DNA from: Aeropyrum pernix K1
GTDB taxonomy: Archaea; Thermoproteota; Thermoprotei_A; Sulfolobales; Acidilobaceae
Assembly (NCBI RefSeq): GCF_000011125.1
Contig: NC_000854.2
Coordinates: 570,001-602,000 of the forward strand
Length of the DNA stretch: 32,000 nucleotides
Direction: 5' to 3'
Positions 23,115 through 32,000 of the stretch are shown piece after piece (position 1 is the stretch's first letter; every line of letters starts with the position of its first letter). The notes under the pieces are model-generated. The model was not told the DNA's origin, did no database searches, and saw nothing but the letters and a program-made list of their open reading frames with translations. The translations under genes were made by a program, and so were the position numbers.

Positions 23115-23801
23115 TTAGCGTAACCTGGTTTCAAGCCTCTTTTTAACGATACTTTTCTCCCTGGAGCCTAGTGTGAGTGGTACAGCCAGGGGTGTTTTGG
23201 GCTCGCTTGGCGCGGCGAGGGCGCCGTCTTCGTAGTATATGATCGAGGACCTCAGGACCTCCTCGACTATCTCTTCTGGAGCCCTGCTCGCCCACCTCTC
23301 TAGAAGGCCCTGGAACCCTATGTACTCTTTAAACTCCTCCTCGCTGGAGGTCCTCTTGCATACTAGGCACCAAAGCTCCGGTGTTAAGGCTTTGAACCCG
23401 CATTTAGGGCATCTAGCCTTTGTGGGTGAGCCGTAGGCTTCCCAGAGCATCCTCAGCTCCTCAACAATATCATCGGCCCCAAGCCGCCGGGCAACATCGT
23501 ACAGGGCTGGGGCGGCCTTCCCCGCTATCTCCGGAGCGTTCTGGACTATAAACTCCAGCCTCTCCCTGGTGAGCCTGTCTACACTCTCAGCGAGCCTCGA
23601 GGCGAGGGCTTTCAGGAACAGGTGCTTCTGCCCAATTATCTTCCTCGCTATACCCTCGGCTGTGGGTCGCGATAGCTTGGAGGCGGCCTCAAGCACTATA
23701 GGCTCCAGCACATCCCTAATCTCATCGCTACTAAGGCCGAGATAGTCTAGCCCCATGTTGTTGAGCACCAGCTGCTCGACAGACCTGTATAGCGCCTCCA
23801 C
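23115..23801 (-). CDS. Hypothetical protein with a zinc ribbon
   Basis: 228 aa with CPKCGFKALTPELWCLVCKR (CxxC-x11-CxxC). The frame stays open upstream of the GTG start and encodes a basic Gly/Arg/Lys tail, but without a start codon. Confidence 0.6.
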   Translation of the reverse strand: MEALYRSVEQLVLNNMGLDYLGLSSDEIRDVLEPIVLEAASKLSRPTAEGIARKIIGQKHLFLKALASRLAESVDRLTRERLEFIVQNAPEIAGKAAPALYDVARRLGADDIVEELRMLWEAYGSPTKARCPKCGFKALTPELWCLVCKRTSSEEEFKEYIGFQGLLERWASRAPEEIVEEVLRSSIIYYEDGALAAPSEPKTPLAVPLTLGSREKSIVKKRLETRLR

Positions 23802-23991
23802 CTGCTCCCTAGAGGGAGCCTTCCTCCCCGTCTTCGAGGCCCTCCTACCCCCGCCCCCTTTCGACCCTTTCGACCACCTCCTCGGCAGAGCCTAGGCACC
23901 CCCTCCTATCCTATTTTACCTACCCGTGGTTTATTTTGGACGTGCGAAAACGTTAAGCCACCGTCACCCAAATACTGGGTCTGGAGGGTGC

Positions 23992-24750
23992 GTGTTCTCG
24001 TTGAAGACCGTTCTACTCTACCAGCAGGACAGCTATCTCAGGGAGTTTGAGGCAAGGGTTGAGGAGGCGAGTGGCGGGAGGGTTGTGCTGGACAGGACGG
24101 CCTTCCACCCCGGCCCCCACGGGGGGCTTGACACTGACACGGGCTACATTTTCTACGGTGATAAGAGGTACAGGGTTGTCAGGGCAGCTGTTGAGGGGGA
24201 TGTTGTGGCGCACTACCTGGACAGCGACACCGCTACGCTGGAGCCCGGGGCCGTTGTGAAGGGCGTTATAGACTGGGAGAGGAGGTATAGGATGATGAGG
24301 CTGCACACGTTCAGCCACATACTAGCGGCGGTGCTCTACGAAAAGCATGATGTCCTGGTTACGGGCGGCCACATAACGCCCGACTACGGGAAGGATGATT
24401 TCAGCATAGAGGGCGGCGGCTGGAGGGAGGTTATAGAGGAGGCCTTCAGGGAGGCCAACGAGATAGCGTCTAGATGCATAGAGGTGAAGGTCTACTGGCT
24501 TCCCAGGGAGGAGGCGCTTAAGATACCCGGTATTGTAAAGCTCGCCAACAAGCTCCCCCCGGAGGTTGAGACCCTCAGGATTGTAGAGATTCCGGGGGTT
24601 GACGTGCAGGCGGATGGAGGACCTCACGTGAGGAACACCTGCGAGATAGGGAGGGTGGTCATAACCAAGCTGGAGAGCAAGGGGAAGAGGAGGAAGAGGG
24701 TGTACTACACCCTGGAGGAGGCGCTTGAGCCCACCCCCGAGGCACCCTGA
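23992..24750 (+). CDS. alaX: Alanyl-tRNA editing protein AlaX (AlaX-M type)
   Basis: N-terminal LYQQDSYLREFEARV, the zinc motif HTFSHIL (HxxxH), and DVQADGGPHVRNTCEIG (second half-site). The track ORF starts at 23926. GTG 23992 is preceded by GGAGGGTG and fits the family N-terminus. Confidence 0.8.
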   Translation: MFSLKTVLLYQQDSYLREFEARVEEASGGRVVLDRTAFHPGPHGGLDTDTGYIFYGDKRYRVVRAAVEGDVVAHYLDSDTATLEPGAVVKGVIDWERRYRMMRLHTFSHILAAVLYEKHDVLVTGGHITPDYGKDDFSIEGGGWREVIEEAFREANEIASRCIEVKVYWLPREEALKIPGIVKLANKLPPEVETLRIVEIPGVDVQADGGPHVRNTCEIGRVVITKLESKGKRRKRVYYTLEEALEPTPEAP

Positions 24751-24849
24751 CTGTAGTATTCAGGGTGTCGACCCGGTATCCCAGGGGTGGATAAGCTTAA
24801 TAAGGGGGTCCCACATTAAACACACCATAAAGGGTGTGGGGAGGCTCTC

Positions 24850-25206
24850 ATGGCTGGGCTCGGTAGACGGTGGGTCCTCTATAAGGAGGCTAAGAGGGTG
24901 CTCGAGGACATAGGCGAGCTGAGGCTCCACAGCCCGAAGACCATATACACGGGGGACATGGAGGAGGCGCTGGAGGAGGGTAGCGAGGTTTTCAGGCTGA
25001 TAGAGTCGGGGGGGAACCCCGGCTGGTACGCCGTCAGGAGGCCATACTCGGGCGTGAACATAGAGTTCTACCTGCTAAGCAGGATGTCCGCCGCGCTCAG
25101 GCTCAGGATGATGGAGCTGAACAAGCTCTACGTCACTGGCCTCGACTACTTCCACAAACGCCTCGACTCGGCCGTCTCAAGGGCCTACTCCCTCGTGGAG
25201 GCCTGA
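24850..25206 (+). CDS. Hypothetical protein
   Basis: 118-aa ORF with coding-like composition and no motif. Confidence 0.5.
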   Translation: MAGLGRRWVLYKEAKRVLEDIGELRLHSPKTIYTGDMEEALEEGSEVFRLIESGGNPGWYAVRRPYSGVNIEFYLLSRMSAALRLRMMELNKLYVTGLDYFHKRLDSAVSRAYSLVEA

Positions 25207-25318
25207 GGCCGAAAGGCGGCTATTTTGGCCTCTCACACCAGATCCTTTAAGCGCTTTGTGCAGACGACCAGCCCTGTTTCTATACTTAAACGTTTCTCAG
25301 CGTTTCAGCAGGTAAACA

Positions 25319-25326
25319 TTTATATA
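25319..25326 (+). promoter_or_regulatory. TATA box candidate for the thermosome gene
   Basis: TTTATATA lies 60 nt upstream of ATG 25386. A GGGTGG Shine-Dalgarno-like sequence precedes the start. Confidence 0.4.
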
Positions 25327-25385
25327 GAAGGGAAGTAACGATAGGTACCTGGAACTTATGGTGTCTTGGGTAACGGGTGGTTGAG

Positions 25386-27050
25386 ATGGCTGCGACGGGA
25401 TATCCTGTGCTGATACTCAAGGAGGGCACCCAGAGGACCTACGGAAGGGAGGCTCTCAGGGCTAACATACTCGCCGCAAGGGTACTGGCTGAGATGCTCA
25501 AAAGCAGCCTAGGACCCAGAGGCCTCGACAAAATGCTTGTCGACGCTTTCGGTGACATAACCGTGACCAACGATGGAGCCACTATAGTGAAGGAGATGGA
25601 GATACAGCACCCCGCCGCCAAGCTGCTGGTGGAGGTGGCTAAGGCCCAGGACGCTGAGGTGGGTGACGGCACCACGAGCGTCGTCGTCCTCGCCGGCGCC
25701 CTGCTAGAGAAGGCCGAGAAGCTTCTAGACGAGAACCTACACCCAACCATAATCATAGAGGGATACACCAAAGCCATGGAGGAGGCCCTCAGGCTTGTTG
25801 ACGAGGCCGCCGTCCCAGTGGAGGTTGAGGATGACAGTGTTCTGAGGAGGATTGCGGAGACCACGCTAGCCAGCAAGTTCGTGGGCACCGGCCCCGAGAG
25901 GGATAAGATAATCAGCATGGTTATCGACGCTATAAGGACTGTGGCGGAGAAAAGGCCCGACGGCGGCTACGAGGTTGACCTAGACTATGTCAAGATTGAG
26001 AAGAAGAAGGGCGGTAGCCTGCTGGACAGCAAGCTGGTCAGGGGTATAGTTCTCGACAAGGAGGTCGTACACCCAGCGATGCCTAAGAGGGTCGAGAACG
26101 CGAAGATACTAGTCCTAGACGCTCCGCTGGAGGTCCAGAAGCCCGAGCTAACCACCAAGATAAGGGTGACCGACATAGAGAAGCTTGAGAGCTTCCTCGA
26201 GGAGGAGACTAGGATGCTGAGGGATATGGTGGAGAAGATCGCCGCCACCGGCGCTAACGTGGTGATAACCCAGAAGGGTATCGACGAGGTGGCACAGCAC
26301 TTCCTGGCGAAGAAGGGTATACTGGCTGTAAGGAGGGTCAAGAGGAGCGACATAGAGAAGGTGGCCAAGGCGACTGGCGCGAAGATAGTGACTAGCCTGA
26401 GAGACCTGAAGCCCGAGTACCTCGGCTACGCCGAGCTGGTTGAGGAGAGGAAGGTTGGAGAGGATAAGATGGTGTTCATAGAGGGCGCCAAGAACCCGAA
26501 GAGCGTGACCATACTGCTCAGGGGCGCCAACGACATGCTGCTTGACGAGGCCGAGAGGAACATCAAAGACGCTCTCCACGGCCTGAGGAACATACTGAGG
26601 GAGCCCAAGATAGTGGGCGGCGGAGGCGCCGTCGAGGTAGAGCTGGCCCTCAAGCTCAAGGAGTTCGCCAGGACTGTGGGCGGCAAGCAGCAGCTGGCTA
26701 TAGAGGCTTATGCTGAGGCCCTCGAGACCATACCCACCGTGCTCGCCGAGAGCGCTGGCATGGACGCCCTCGAGGCTCTCCTAAAGCTGAGGAGCCTGCA
26801 CAGCCAGGGCTATAAGTTTGCCGGTGTTAACGTGCTTGAGGGCAAGATAGAGGAGGACATGACCAAGATAAACGTCTACGAGCCAGTGCTCGTCAAGAAG
26901 CAAGTGATAAAGAGCGCCAGCGAGGCGGCCATAAGCATACTGAAGATTGACGACGTGATAGCAGCAGCCCCGCCCAAGAAGAAGGAGAAGAAGGGCAAGA
27001 CCGGCGAGGAGGAGGAAGAGGAGGGCGGCGGCAGCAAGTTCGAGTTCTAG
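25386..27050 (+). CDS. thsA/B: Thermosome subunit (group II chaperonin)
   Basis: [34 protein letters not shown] (ATP-binding), VGGGGAVE, and a C-terminal Lys/Glu/Gly-rich tail. ATG 25386 gives [14 protein letters not shown], the canonical N-terminus (the track start is GTG 25377). Confidence 0.97.
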   Translation: MAATGYPVLILKEGTQRTYGREALRANILAARVLAEMLKSSLGPRGLDKMLVDAFGDITVTNDGATIVKEMEIQHPAAKLLVEVAKAQDAEVGDGTTSVVVLAGALLEKAEKLLDENLHPTIIIEGYTKAMEEALRLVDEAAVPVEVEDDSVLRRIAETTLASKFVGTGPERDKIISMVIDAIRTVAEKRPDGGYEVDLDYVKIEKKKGGSLLDSKLVRGIVLDKEVVHPAMPKRVENAKILVLDAPLEVQKPELTTKIRVTDIEKLESFLEEETRMLRDMVEKIAATGANVVITQKGIDEVAQHFLAKKGILAVRRVKRSDIEKVAKATGAKIVTSLRDLKPEYLGYAELVEERKVGEDKMVFIEGAKNPKSVTILLRGANDMLLDEAERNIKDALHGLRNILREPKIVGGGGAVEVELALKLKEFARTVGGKQQLAIEAYAEALETIPTVLAESAGMDALEALLKLRSLHSQGYKFAGVNVLEGKIEEDMTKINVYEPVLVKKQVIKSASEAAISILKIDDVIAAAPPKKKEKKGKTGEEEEEEGGGSKFEF

Positions 27051-27201
27051 CCCCCAAATCCCAGTTCGGCAATTTTTAAATAATTACTTTAGCCCTCCTC
27101 CTAGCGTTTCCCCTTTCCTCCCACGCCCTATCTATAGTATAGGCTGTCTACGATTGTAATGTATTAGGTTTTGCCGCTCCAACATTCTAGGCTGGTGTTG
27201 C

Positions 27202-27987
27202 TTGGTGGACCTCGGTATCCAGGGTAAACTGGCGGTGGTCACGGCTGGCAGCAGCGGCTTGGGCTTTGCCTCGGCCCTAGAGCTAGCCAGGAACGGTGCC
27301 AGACTTCTCCTCTTCAGCAGGAACAGGGAGAAGCTCGAGGCCGCAGCATCCAGGATAGCGTCTCTCGTCAGTGGCGCCCAGGTTGATATAGTGGCTGGAG
27401 ATATCAGGGAGCCCGGCGATATAGACAGGCTCTTCGAGAAGGCCCGGGATCTCGGAGGCGCCGATATACTCGTATACAGCACCGGAGGACCTAGGCCGGG
27501 CAGGTTTATGGAGCTGGGTGTGGAGGATTGGGACGAGTCCTACAGGCTTCTGGCCAGGAGTGCTGTGTGGGTCGGCCGCCGGGCTGCAGAGCAGATGGTT
27601 GAGAAGGGGTGGGGGAGGATGGTTTACATAGGGAGCGTCACACTCCTAAGGCCCTGGCAAGACCTGGCCTTGAGCAACATAATGAGGCTGCCTGTGATAG
27701 GCGTTGTGAGGACACTAGCCCTTGAGCTAGCCCCCCACGGTGTAACGGTGAACGCAGTGCTGCCCAGCCTCATACTAACTGATAGGGTTAGGAGCCTGGC
27801 CGAGGAGAGGGCCAGGAGGAGCGGCATAACTGTGGAGGAGGCTCTAAAGTCTATGGCGTCCAGGATACCTATGGGGAGGGTGGGCAAACCTGAGGAGCTG
27901 GCCAGCGTGGTGGCGTTCCTAGCCTCCGAAAAGGCTTCATTCATCACAGGAGCCGTCATACCGGTCGACGGGGGAGCACACATCTAG
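27202..27987 (+). CDS. Short-chain dehydrogenase/reductase family protein, atypical active site
   Basis: Rossmann VVTAGSSGLGFA, IGSV, VNAVLPS, PEELASVVAFLASEKASFITG. A gapless alignment to FabG places S-N-I-M-R where Y-x-x-x-K is expected. Confidence 0.85.
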   Translation: MVDLGIQGKLAVVTAGSSGLGFASALELARNGARLLLFSRNREKLEAAASRIASLVSGAQVDIVAGDIREPGDIDRLFEKARDLGGADILVYSTGGPRPGRFMELGVEDWDESYRLLARSAVWVGRRAAEQMVEKGWGRMVYIGSVTLLRPWQDLALSNIMRLPVIGVVRTLALELAPHGVTVNAVLPSLILTDRVRSLAEERARRSGITVEEALKSMASRIPMGRVGKPEELASVVAFLASEKASFITGAVIPVDGGAHI

Positions 27988-28061
27988 CCCGGGGGAGGGG
28001 TGGATAAGTCAAGATTTAACGGCTCCCCGGGATAAAGAGGGTTTCCGGGGGATCGGGTTCC

Positions 28062-28373
28062 ATGGCGGAGAGGTACACTTCGTACCCGAGGATAGTCGAC
28101 GACGTGAAGATAGGGCCGCCCTATCTGACTAAGTACGAGCGCGCTAGGATCATAGGGGTTAGGGCGTTCCAGCTAAGCATAGGCGCGCCTCCGCTAGTAG
28201 ACCCCGAGAGGGCGGGCTCGCGGAATCCTCTTGACATAGCCCGGTATGAGGTTGACAACGGCATACTACCCGTCTCTATCTACAGATACCTCCCCGGGGG
28301 AGGAGGCCAGTCTCTATCCCTCTCCCGCCTTGTCGAGCTTGCGAGGGAGATTCTGGGTAGCGAGTACGTCTAG
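28062..28373 (+). CDS. rpoK: DNA-directed RNA polymerase subunit K (Rpo6)
   Basis: LTKYERARIIGVRAFQLSIGAPPLV ... PLDIARYEVDNGILPVSIYRYLP is the Rpb6/omega-like core. Confidence 0.9.
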   Translation: MAERYTSYPRIVDDVKIGPPYLTKYERARIIGVRAFQLSIGAPPLVDPERAGSRNPLDIARYEVDNGILPVSIYRYLPGGGGQSLSLSRLVELAREILGSEYV

Positions 28374-28441
28374 GCAGACCGCCCCACCGCTGTGGCTCGC
28401 ATAGGCCGCCAGCACATGTTGAGGGTGGTGTGTAAGCCGCC

Positions 28442-29509
28442 TTGATAGACTGTGTCGAGGTTGTCTCCAGATACTTCGAGATCCTTGAGGTTAAAAGGGG
28501 TGCGGGAAGGCTTGCAGTAAGCCTAGGGCTGCCCCTTAGAGGCGGGGATCTCGAGGATATAATGTCCTCCTTGTACAAGGACCTGACGACAGCCGGCTGC
28601 TACCCATATTTCTCTAGGGAGGAGGCGGGGCTCATCCTCTACATACACAGACCCGAGGCCGGTGCGAGAAGGTGGGCAATGGCTCTGGCCCTTGCCGCAG
28701 CCACTATCGCCACTGTTTACATGTCCGGGCTCGCCCTTGCCGACCCTTCCAAGGGCCTTAGCTGGAGCCCCCTAGCCTATCTCGTGGGCCTCCTACTCCC
28801 CCTGCTGGTGCATGAGATGGGTCATTGGCTAGTGATGAGGCTCAACAGAGTCCCAGCCAGCCTGCCCTACATGATCCCCGCGCCCCCCCTACAGCTTGGG
28901 TTTCTAGGGACCTTCGGCGCCGTCATAAACATGAGGTGGCTACCCCCCACCCTCGACTCTCTAACAGTGATGGCTGTGATGGGCCCGCTGGCGGGGTTCG
29001 TGGCCGCGGTGCCGCTGGCTGTTGTGGGGCTTCAGCATAGCCTCCTGCTGCCACCCCATGAGGCCGCTGCCAGGGGAGATCTCATCGGTATACCGCTTAT
29101 GCCTCTGGTCATGGTGCTTCTAGGCGACGCTCTTGGGTTCCCCTCCGACAGTGTAGTGGTCCTAAGCCCTCTTGCGTTCGCCAGCTACGTGGTGTTCATC
29201 GTTACATTCCTCAACCTTATACCCGTGGGGATGCTCGACGGCGGCCATATAGTGAGGGGTGTTGTGGGGGAGAGGGTGCACCAGGCCATCTCTCTCTTCG
29301 TTGTTGTGGCCTCACTGCTAGCCTCGGTATACATACCCCAACTGTCGCTCTTCGCCCTGCTAGCACTCCTCATCTACATGATGACCGGCGGGCGGCACCC
29401 AGGCGCCGCTATAAGAATATCGACGCCGGGCTGGAAGTCTGTGGCCTCCACGCTCATCTACACCCTGCTGCTAGTGCTGACACTCCCGCTACCCCTCAGC
29501 CTCTCGTAG
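28442..29509 (+). CDS. Site-2 protease family (M50) membrane metalloprotease
   Basis: HExxH in LLVHEMGHWLV, FLNLIPVGMLDGGHI (the NxxPxxxLDG motif), and multiple TM segments. The start is TTG. Confidence 0.85.
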   Translation: MIDCVEVVSRYFEILEVKRGAGRLAVSLGLPLRGGDLEDIMSSLYKDLTTAGCYPYFSREEAGLILYIHRPEAGARRWAMALALAAATIATVYMSGLALADPSKGLSWSPLAYLVGLLLPLLVHEMGHWLVMRLNRVPASLPYMIPAPPLQLGFLGTFGAVINMRWLPPTLDSLTVMAVMGPLAGFVAAVPLAVVGLQHSLLLPPHEAAARGDLIGIPLMPLVMVLLGDALGFPSDSVVVLSPLAFASYVVFIVTFLNLIPVGMLDGGHIVRGVVGERVHQAISLFVVVASLLASVYIPQLSLFALLALLIYMMTGGRHPGAAIRISTPGWKSVASTLIYTLLLVLTLPLPLSLS

Positions 29510-30318
29510 ATGTGTATAGCGGCGGCTAGATCGAATACGGGGGTCCCCACGCTCTTATACACGTAGACGTCCCCCCATCTACATGACGCCACACCCCTCA
29601 CATAGTCTCTGAGGGTTACTGTCTCCACGCCACACGCGTCATCACTCTCCTCACAAGCTATGTCCGAATCGACAAGCATGCAGCCCGCCCTCCTCTTAAC
29701 CTGGTCGTCCAGCTCCCTAACAGGCCTGGGAGCGCCCACGCTAGCCACGTAAGCCCCCCTCCTAAGAAGCCCGCCCTCCACCACAGGATCCGTGCTGTTC
29801 GTAGCCGCTATAACAACGTGGGAGCGCTTAAGCAGCTCCCGCCTCCCAACCCTCCTGCCGCCAAACTCTCTCGCAAGCCTCTCCCCCGTCTCAACCCTCC
29901 TGCTCGCCACAAGTATCTCGTCGAACCTGAAAACCGACGTGAGAACCCTGAGGTGGTATCTAGCCTGAACACCAGCACCTATAACCCCGAGAACGCCGCC
30001 GCCTCCGAACCCTAGTTTGGAGAGTGCGAGGGCTGAGGCCGCAGCTGTCCTCCAGCCCGTAGGCTCCTCAGCCGGGATGTCGAGAACCTTCTCCCCATCG
30101 CTGCTCCTGAAGAGGAGGAGCACACCCCTGACCAGGGGCAGCCTCCTACTGGGGTTGCCAGGGTATACTCCCACTATCTTGGCGGAGAAGTAGCCCATGC
30201 CCCCCGCAACCATAGCGCCTAGCCAAGACCCCTCAAGCGATATCGAGGACCTCGGGGCCTCAGCATGCTCGCTCCGCAGCAGCTCTTCGAGCAGCCTTAT
30301 GAGGCTGCGGGGCTCCAC
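29458..30318 (-). CDS. Ornithine cyclodeaminase / mu-crystallin family protein
   Basis: TGWRTAAASALA, Rossmann GVIGAGVQARYHL, and VASVGAP. The track ORF (396 aa) extends through the divergent promoter. GTG 30318 (or TTG 30330) fits the family N-terminus. The 3' end overlaps the M50 gene by 52 nt (convergent). Confidence 0.75.
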   Translation of the reverse strand: MEPRSLIRLLEELLRSEHAEAPRSSISLEGSWLGAMVAGGMGYFSAKIVGVYPGNPSRRLPLVRGVLLLFRSSDGEKVLDIPAEEPTGWRTAAASALALSKLGFGGGGVLGVIGAGVQARYHLRVLTSVFRFDEILVASRRVETGERLAREFGGRRVGRRELLKRSHVVIAATNSTDPVVEGGLLRRGAYVASVGAPRPVRELDDQVKRRAGCMLVDSDIACEESDDACGVETVTLRDYVRGVASCRWGDVYVYKSVGTPVFDLAAAIHIYERLRGSGSVSTSSRV

Positions 30319-30514
30319 AACCGAACCCAAGCCTTCTCCACTGCCACCCAATCCCGCCACACCCGTTAGATAATTTTGTGAAGGGCATTCTCTTATCCTG
30401 CCGGAGGCCCTCGATTTTACATATAATAATAGTATCTTATGGTGGGTCAAGCTTTTTATAGTCACTATATAACGGGTTCTACTGAATATGGGCAGTGGAT
30501 AAAGGTGAAGATAT

Positions 30515-32000
30515 ATGAATGTGGCTAAGATCGGGGCAGTGCTCCTGGCCCTGGCTCTAATAGCGCCAGTGCTCTTCGCCACACCTGCACTATACACAGC
30601 AGCAGCCCAGCCCACCACAATAACAATAGGAGCCCTCCTCCCACTCACCGGCGACCTCCAGAGCTACGGTGTGAGGGCTCAGGCCGCCGTCCAGGTGGCT
30701 GTGGAGGATGTTAACGCTTATCTCGAGAGCAAGAACGCGTGGTTCAGGCTCGACCTCAAGGTTGAGGACACACAGACGAAGCCGGACGTCGCTGTCCAGA
30801 AGTTCAACTCCCTCGTGGCACAGGGCATAAAGTTCATTGTAGGCCCCATGACAAGCGCGGAAGTGAAGAAGCTCAAGGACCTGGCAGACCAGAACAACGT
30901 GCTGATAATAAGCCCATCAAGCACGGCGATAGAGCTGAAGATAGCCGGGGACAACGTCTTCAGGTTCTGCCCCACTGACGATGTGCAGAGCAAGGCTATA
31001 GGCGCCCTAGCAAGGGACCTCGGGTTAAAGGGAGCTGTCATTATAAACAGGGCAGACACCTGGGGCAACGGCCTGATGGAGGCGACTAAGGAGGTCCTCG
31101 AGAACGAGGGTGTGGAGGTAGCGAGCGTCTACAGCTACAACCCCGAGTCGCCCAACTTCTCCGGCATCGCCAGCCAGGCTAACGGCGATGTTGAGAGCCT
31201 GGTGAGCAAGTATGGGAAGGACAAGGTAGCTGTTGTTGCTATAGGCTTCAAGGAGGTTGTAGAGCTGTTCAGCGCCGCCGCTGACTACGAGACTCTCGAG
31301 AGCGTCCTCTGGATAGGGAGCGACGGTACAGCACAGCTGAGCGAGTTCACCACCGACCCGCTTGCAAGGGAGTTCTCTGTGTCGACTCTATTCATAAATC
31401 CGTTATTCTCGCCTGCGGCCACTGAGGCTCAGGAGAAGGTTAGGCAGGAAGTTGTGGCGAAGATAGGGGAGGAGCCCGACGCCTACTCGCTGGCGGCCTA
31501 CGATGCAGTCTGGGCCATAGCCCTAGCTCTACTCCAGGCGGGGCCCATGGACAACCCTGACGAGATGGTGAACAAGGTAAAGGAGCTGCTCCCGCAGATA
31601 ACCACCAGCGACGAGTTCGCGCAGTTCGCGGCGACAGGCAAGTTCCCGCTGGACGAGGGCGGCGACAGGGCCACCGCAGACTACGACTGGCACATAGTCG
31701 CCAAGATTGGCGGAGAGTACAAGTGGGTCAAGGCTGGCGTCTACAAGGGCGTCGAGGATAAGAACGAGTGGGTGACAATCGAGGGTCTAGGCAAGACGTT
31801 CCCACAGCTCTTCCAGGAGAAGTTCACCCCCGCAGAGACAGAGACCGAAACCTCACCCAGCCCTACACAGGCCGAGACCACACCAACCCCAACACCAGAA
31901 GAGACTGAAACCGAAACAGCCGAGGAGGGCGGAGTCTCGACAACCCTGATAGCCGCGATAATAATAATAGTCATCGTAATAGCTGCTGCCGCCTACTTCT
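30515..32000 (+). CDS. ABC transporter substrate-binding protein, LivJ/type I periplasmic-binding fold, C-terminally anchored (3' end outside window)
   Basis: My own translation runs from ATG 30515 (GGTGA 7 nt upstream) with no stop before 32000. It reads MNVAKIGAVLLALALIAPVLF (signal), ITIGALLPLTGDLQSYG, KFIVGPMTSAE, and a Thr/Pro/Glu-rich linker, then LIAAIIIIVIVIAAAAYF (TM). It is absent from the track because it lacks a stop. Confidence 0.85.
   Translation, partial: MNVAKIGAVLLALALIAPVLFATPALYTAAAQPTTITIGALLPLTGDLQSYGVRAQAAVQVAVEDVNAYLESKNAWFRLDLKVEDTQTKPDVAVQKFNSLVAQGIKFIVGPMTSAEVKKLKDLADQNNVLIISPSSTAIELKIAGDNVFRFCPTDDVQSKAIGALARDLGLKGAVIINRADTWGNGLMEATKEVLENEGVEVASVYSYNPESPNFSGIASQANGDVESLVSKYGKDKVAVVAIGFKEVVELFSAAADYETLESVLWIGSDGTAQLSEFTTDPLAREFSVSTLFINPLFSPAATEAQEKVRQEVVAKIGEEPDAYSLAAYDAVWAIALALLQAGPMDNPDEMVNKVKELLPQITTSDEFAQFAATGKFPLDEGGDRATADYDWHIVAKIGGEYKWVKAGVYKGVEDKNEWVTIEGLGKTFPQLFQEKFTPAETETETSPSPTQAETTPTPTPEETETETAEEGGVSTTLIAAIIIIVIVIAAAAYF

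Noticed and set aside
25439-26686. Several 86-159-aa minus-strand ORFs inside the thermosome gene
   Set aside because: They are Ser/Leu/Thr-rich antisense frames. The plus-strand chaperonin call is unambiguous.
29458-29509. 52-nt convergent overlap between the M50 protease and OCD-family genes
   Set aside because: Both 3' ends fit their families, and 3' overlaps of convergent genes are common in compact archaeal genomes. Nothing suggests a special function.
30319-30648. 110-aa N-terminal extension of the OCD-family ORF (track 29458-30648)
   Set aside because: The extension crosses the AT-rich divergent promoter and the first 130 nt of the plus-strand binding-protein gene. The family N-terminus aligns from about GTG 30318.
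1-32000. Search for CRISPR arrays, rRNA genes, IS elements/transposases and integrases
   Set aside because: I saw no regularly spaced 24-37-bp repeats, no rRNA-like sequence, no DDE/transposase motifs, and no tyrosine-recombinase (R..HxxR..Y) ORF on either strand. The frames reading through the tRNA-Val fragment terminate within a few codons.

Overview
This window looks like a chromosome segment from a hyperthermophilic crenarchaeon, probably Aeropyrum-like. The evidence is a group II chaperonin (thermosome), RpoK, a mannosylglycerate mpgS-mpgP operon, genomically encoded CCA on a GC-rich tRNA, class III (prepilin-like) signal peptides, and many GTG/TTG starts with overlapping stop/start junctions. 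No rRNA, CRISPR array, transposase or integrase was found.

The window is a compositional mosaic, judged by eye and by rough counts on sample lines:
- (a) 1-10733 looks like the right-hand part of an integrated element or genomic island. It ends at a duplicated 3' half of tRNA-Val(UAC).
  - Its cargo includes a ribbon-helix-helix (RHH) regulator, a C5 cytosine methyltransferase, a putative restriction endonuclease and a Mig-type T/G-mismatch glycosylase.
  - Directly downstream is an uncharacterised three-gene operon (161 aa, 480 aa, 539-aa P-loop NTPase). This is my best candidate for a novel defence-type system.
  - It also carries a very GC-rich block of eight tiny overlapping genes, mostly winged-HTH (wHTH) or RHH proteins, behind a palindrome-rich divergent promoter.
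- (b) 10734-11839 is decayed AT-rich DNA with a frameshifted wHTH gene and a GC-rich palindromic element.
- (c) 11840-13890 is the core mpgP/mpgS operon.
- (d) 14144-15238 holds tRNA-Arg(GCG), a 1-kb remnant containing only a UPF0175/PIN toxin-antitoxin pair, and a degenerate copy of the tRNA-Arg 3' part.
- (e) 15788-22311 holds a CopD-like membrane protein, a MoxR-like AAA+ ATPase, a vWA/MIDAS protein split by a 5-bp tandem duplication, and two divergent proteins with prepilin-like N-termini (271 aa and 861 aa).
- (f) 22644-32000 is housekeeping: GNAT, AlaX, thermosome, an atypical SDR, RpoK, an M50 protease, an OCD/mu-crystallin family protein, and a LivJ-type binding protein that runs off the right edge.

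Three genes are interrupted by very small indels: a homopolymer -1, a 7-bp tandem duplication and a 5-bp tandem duplication.
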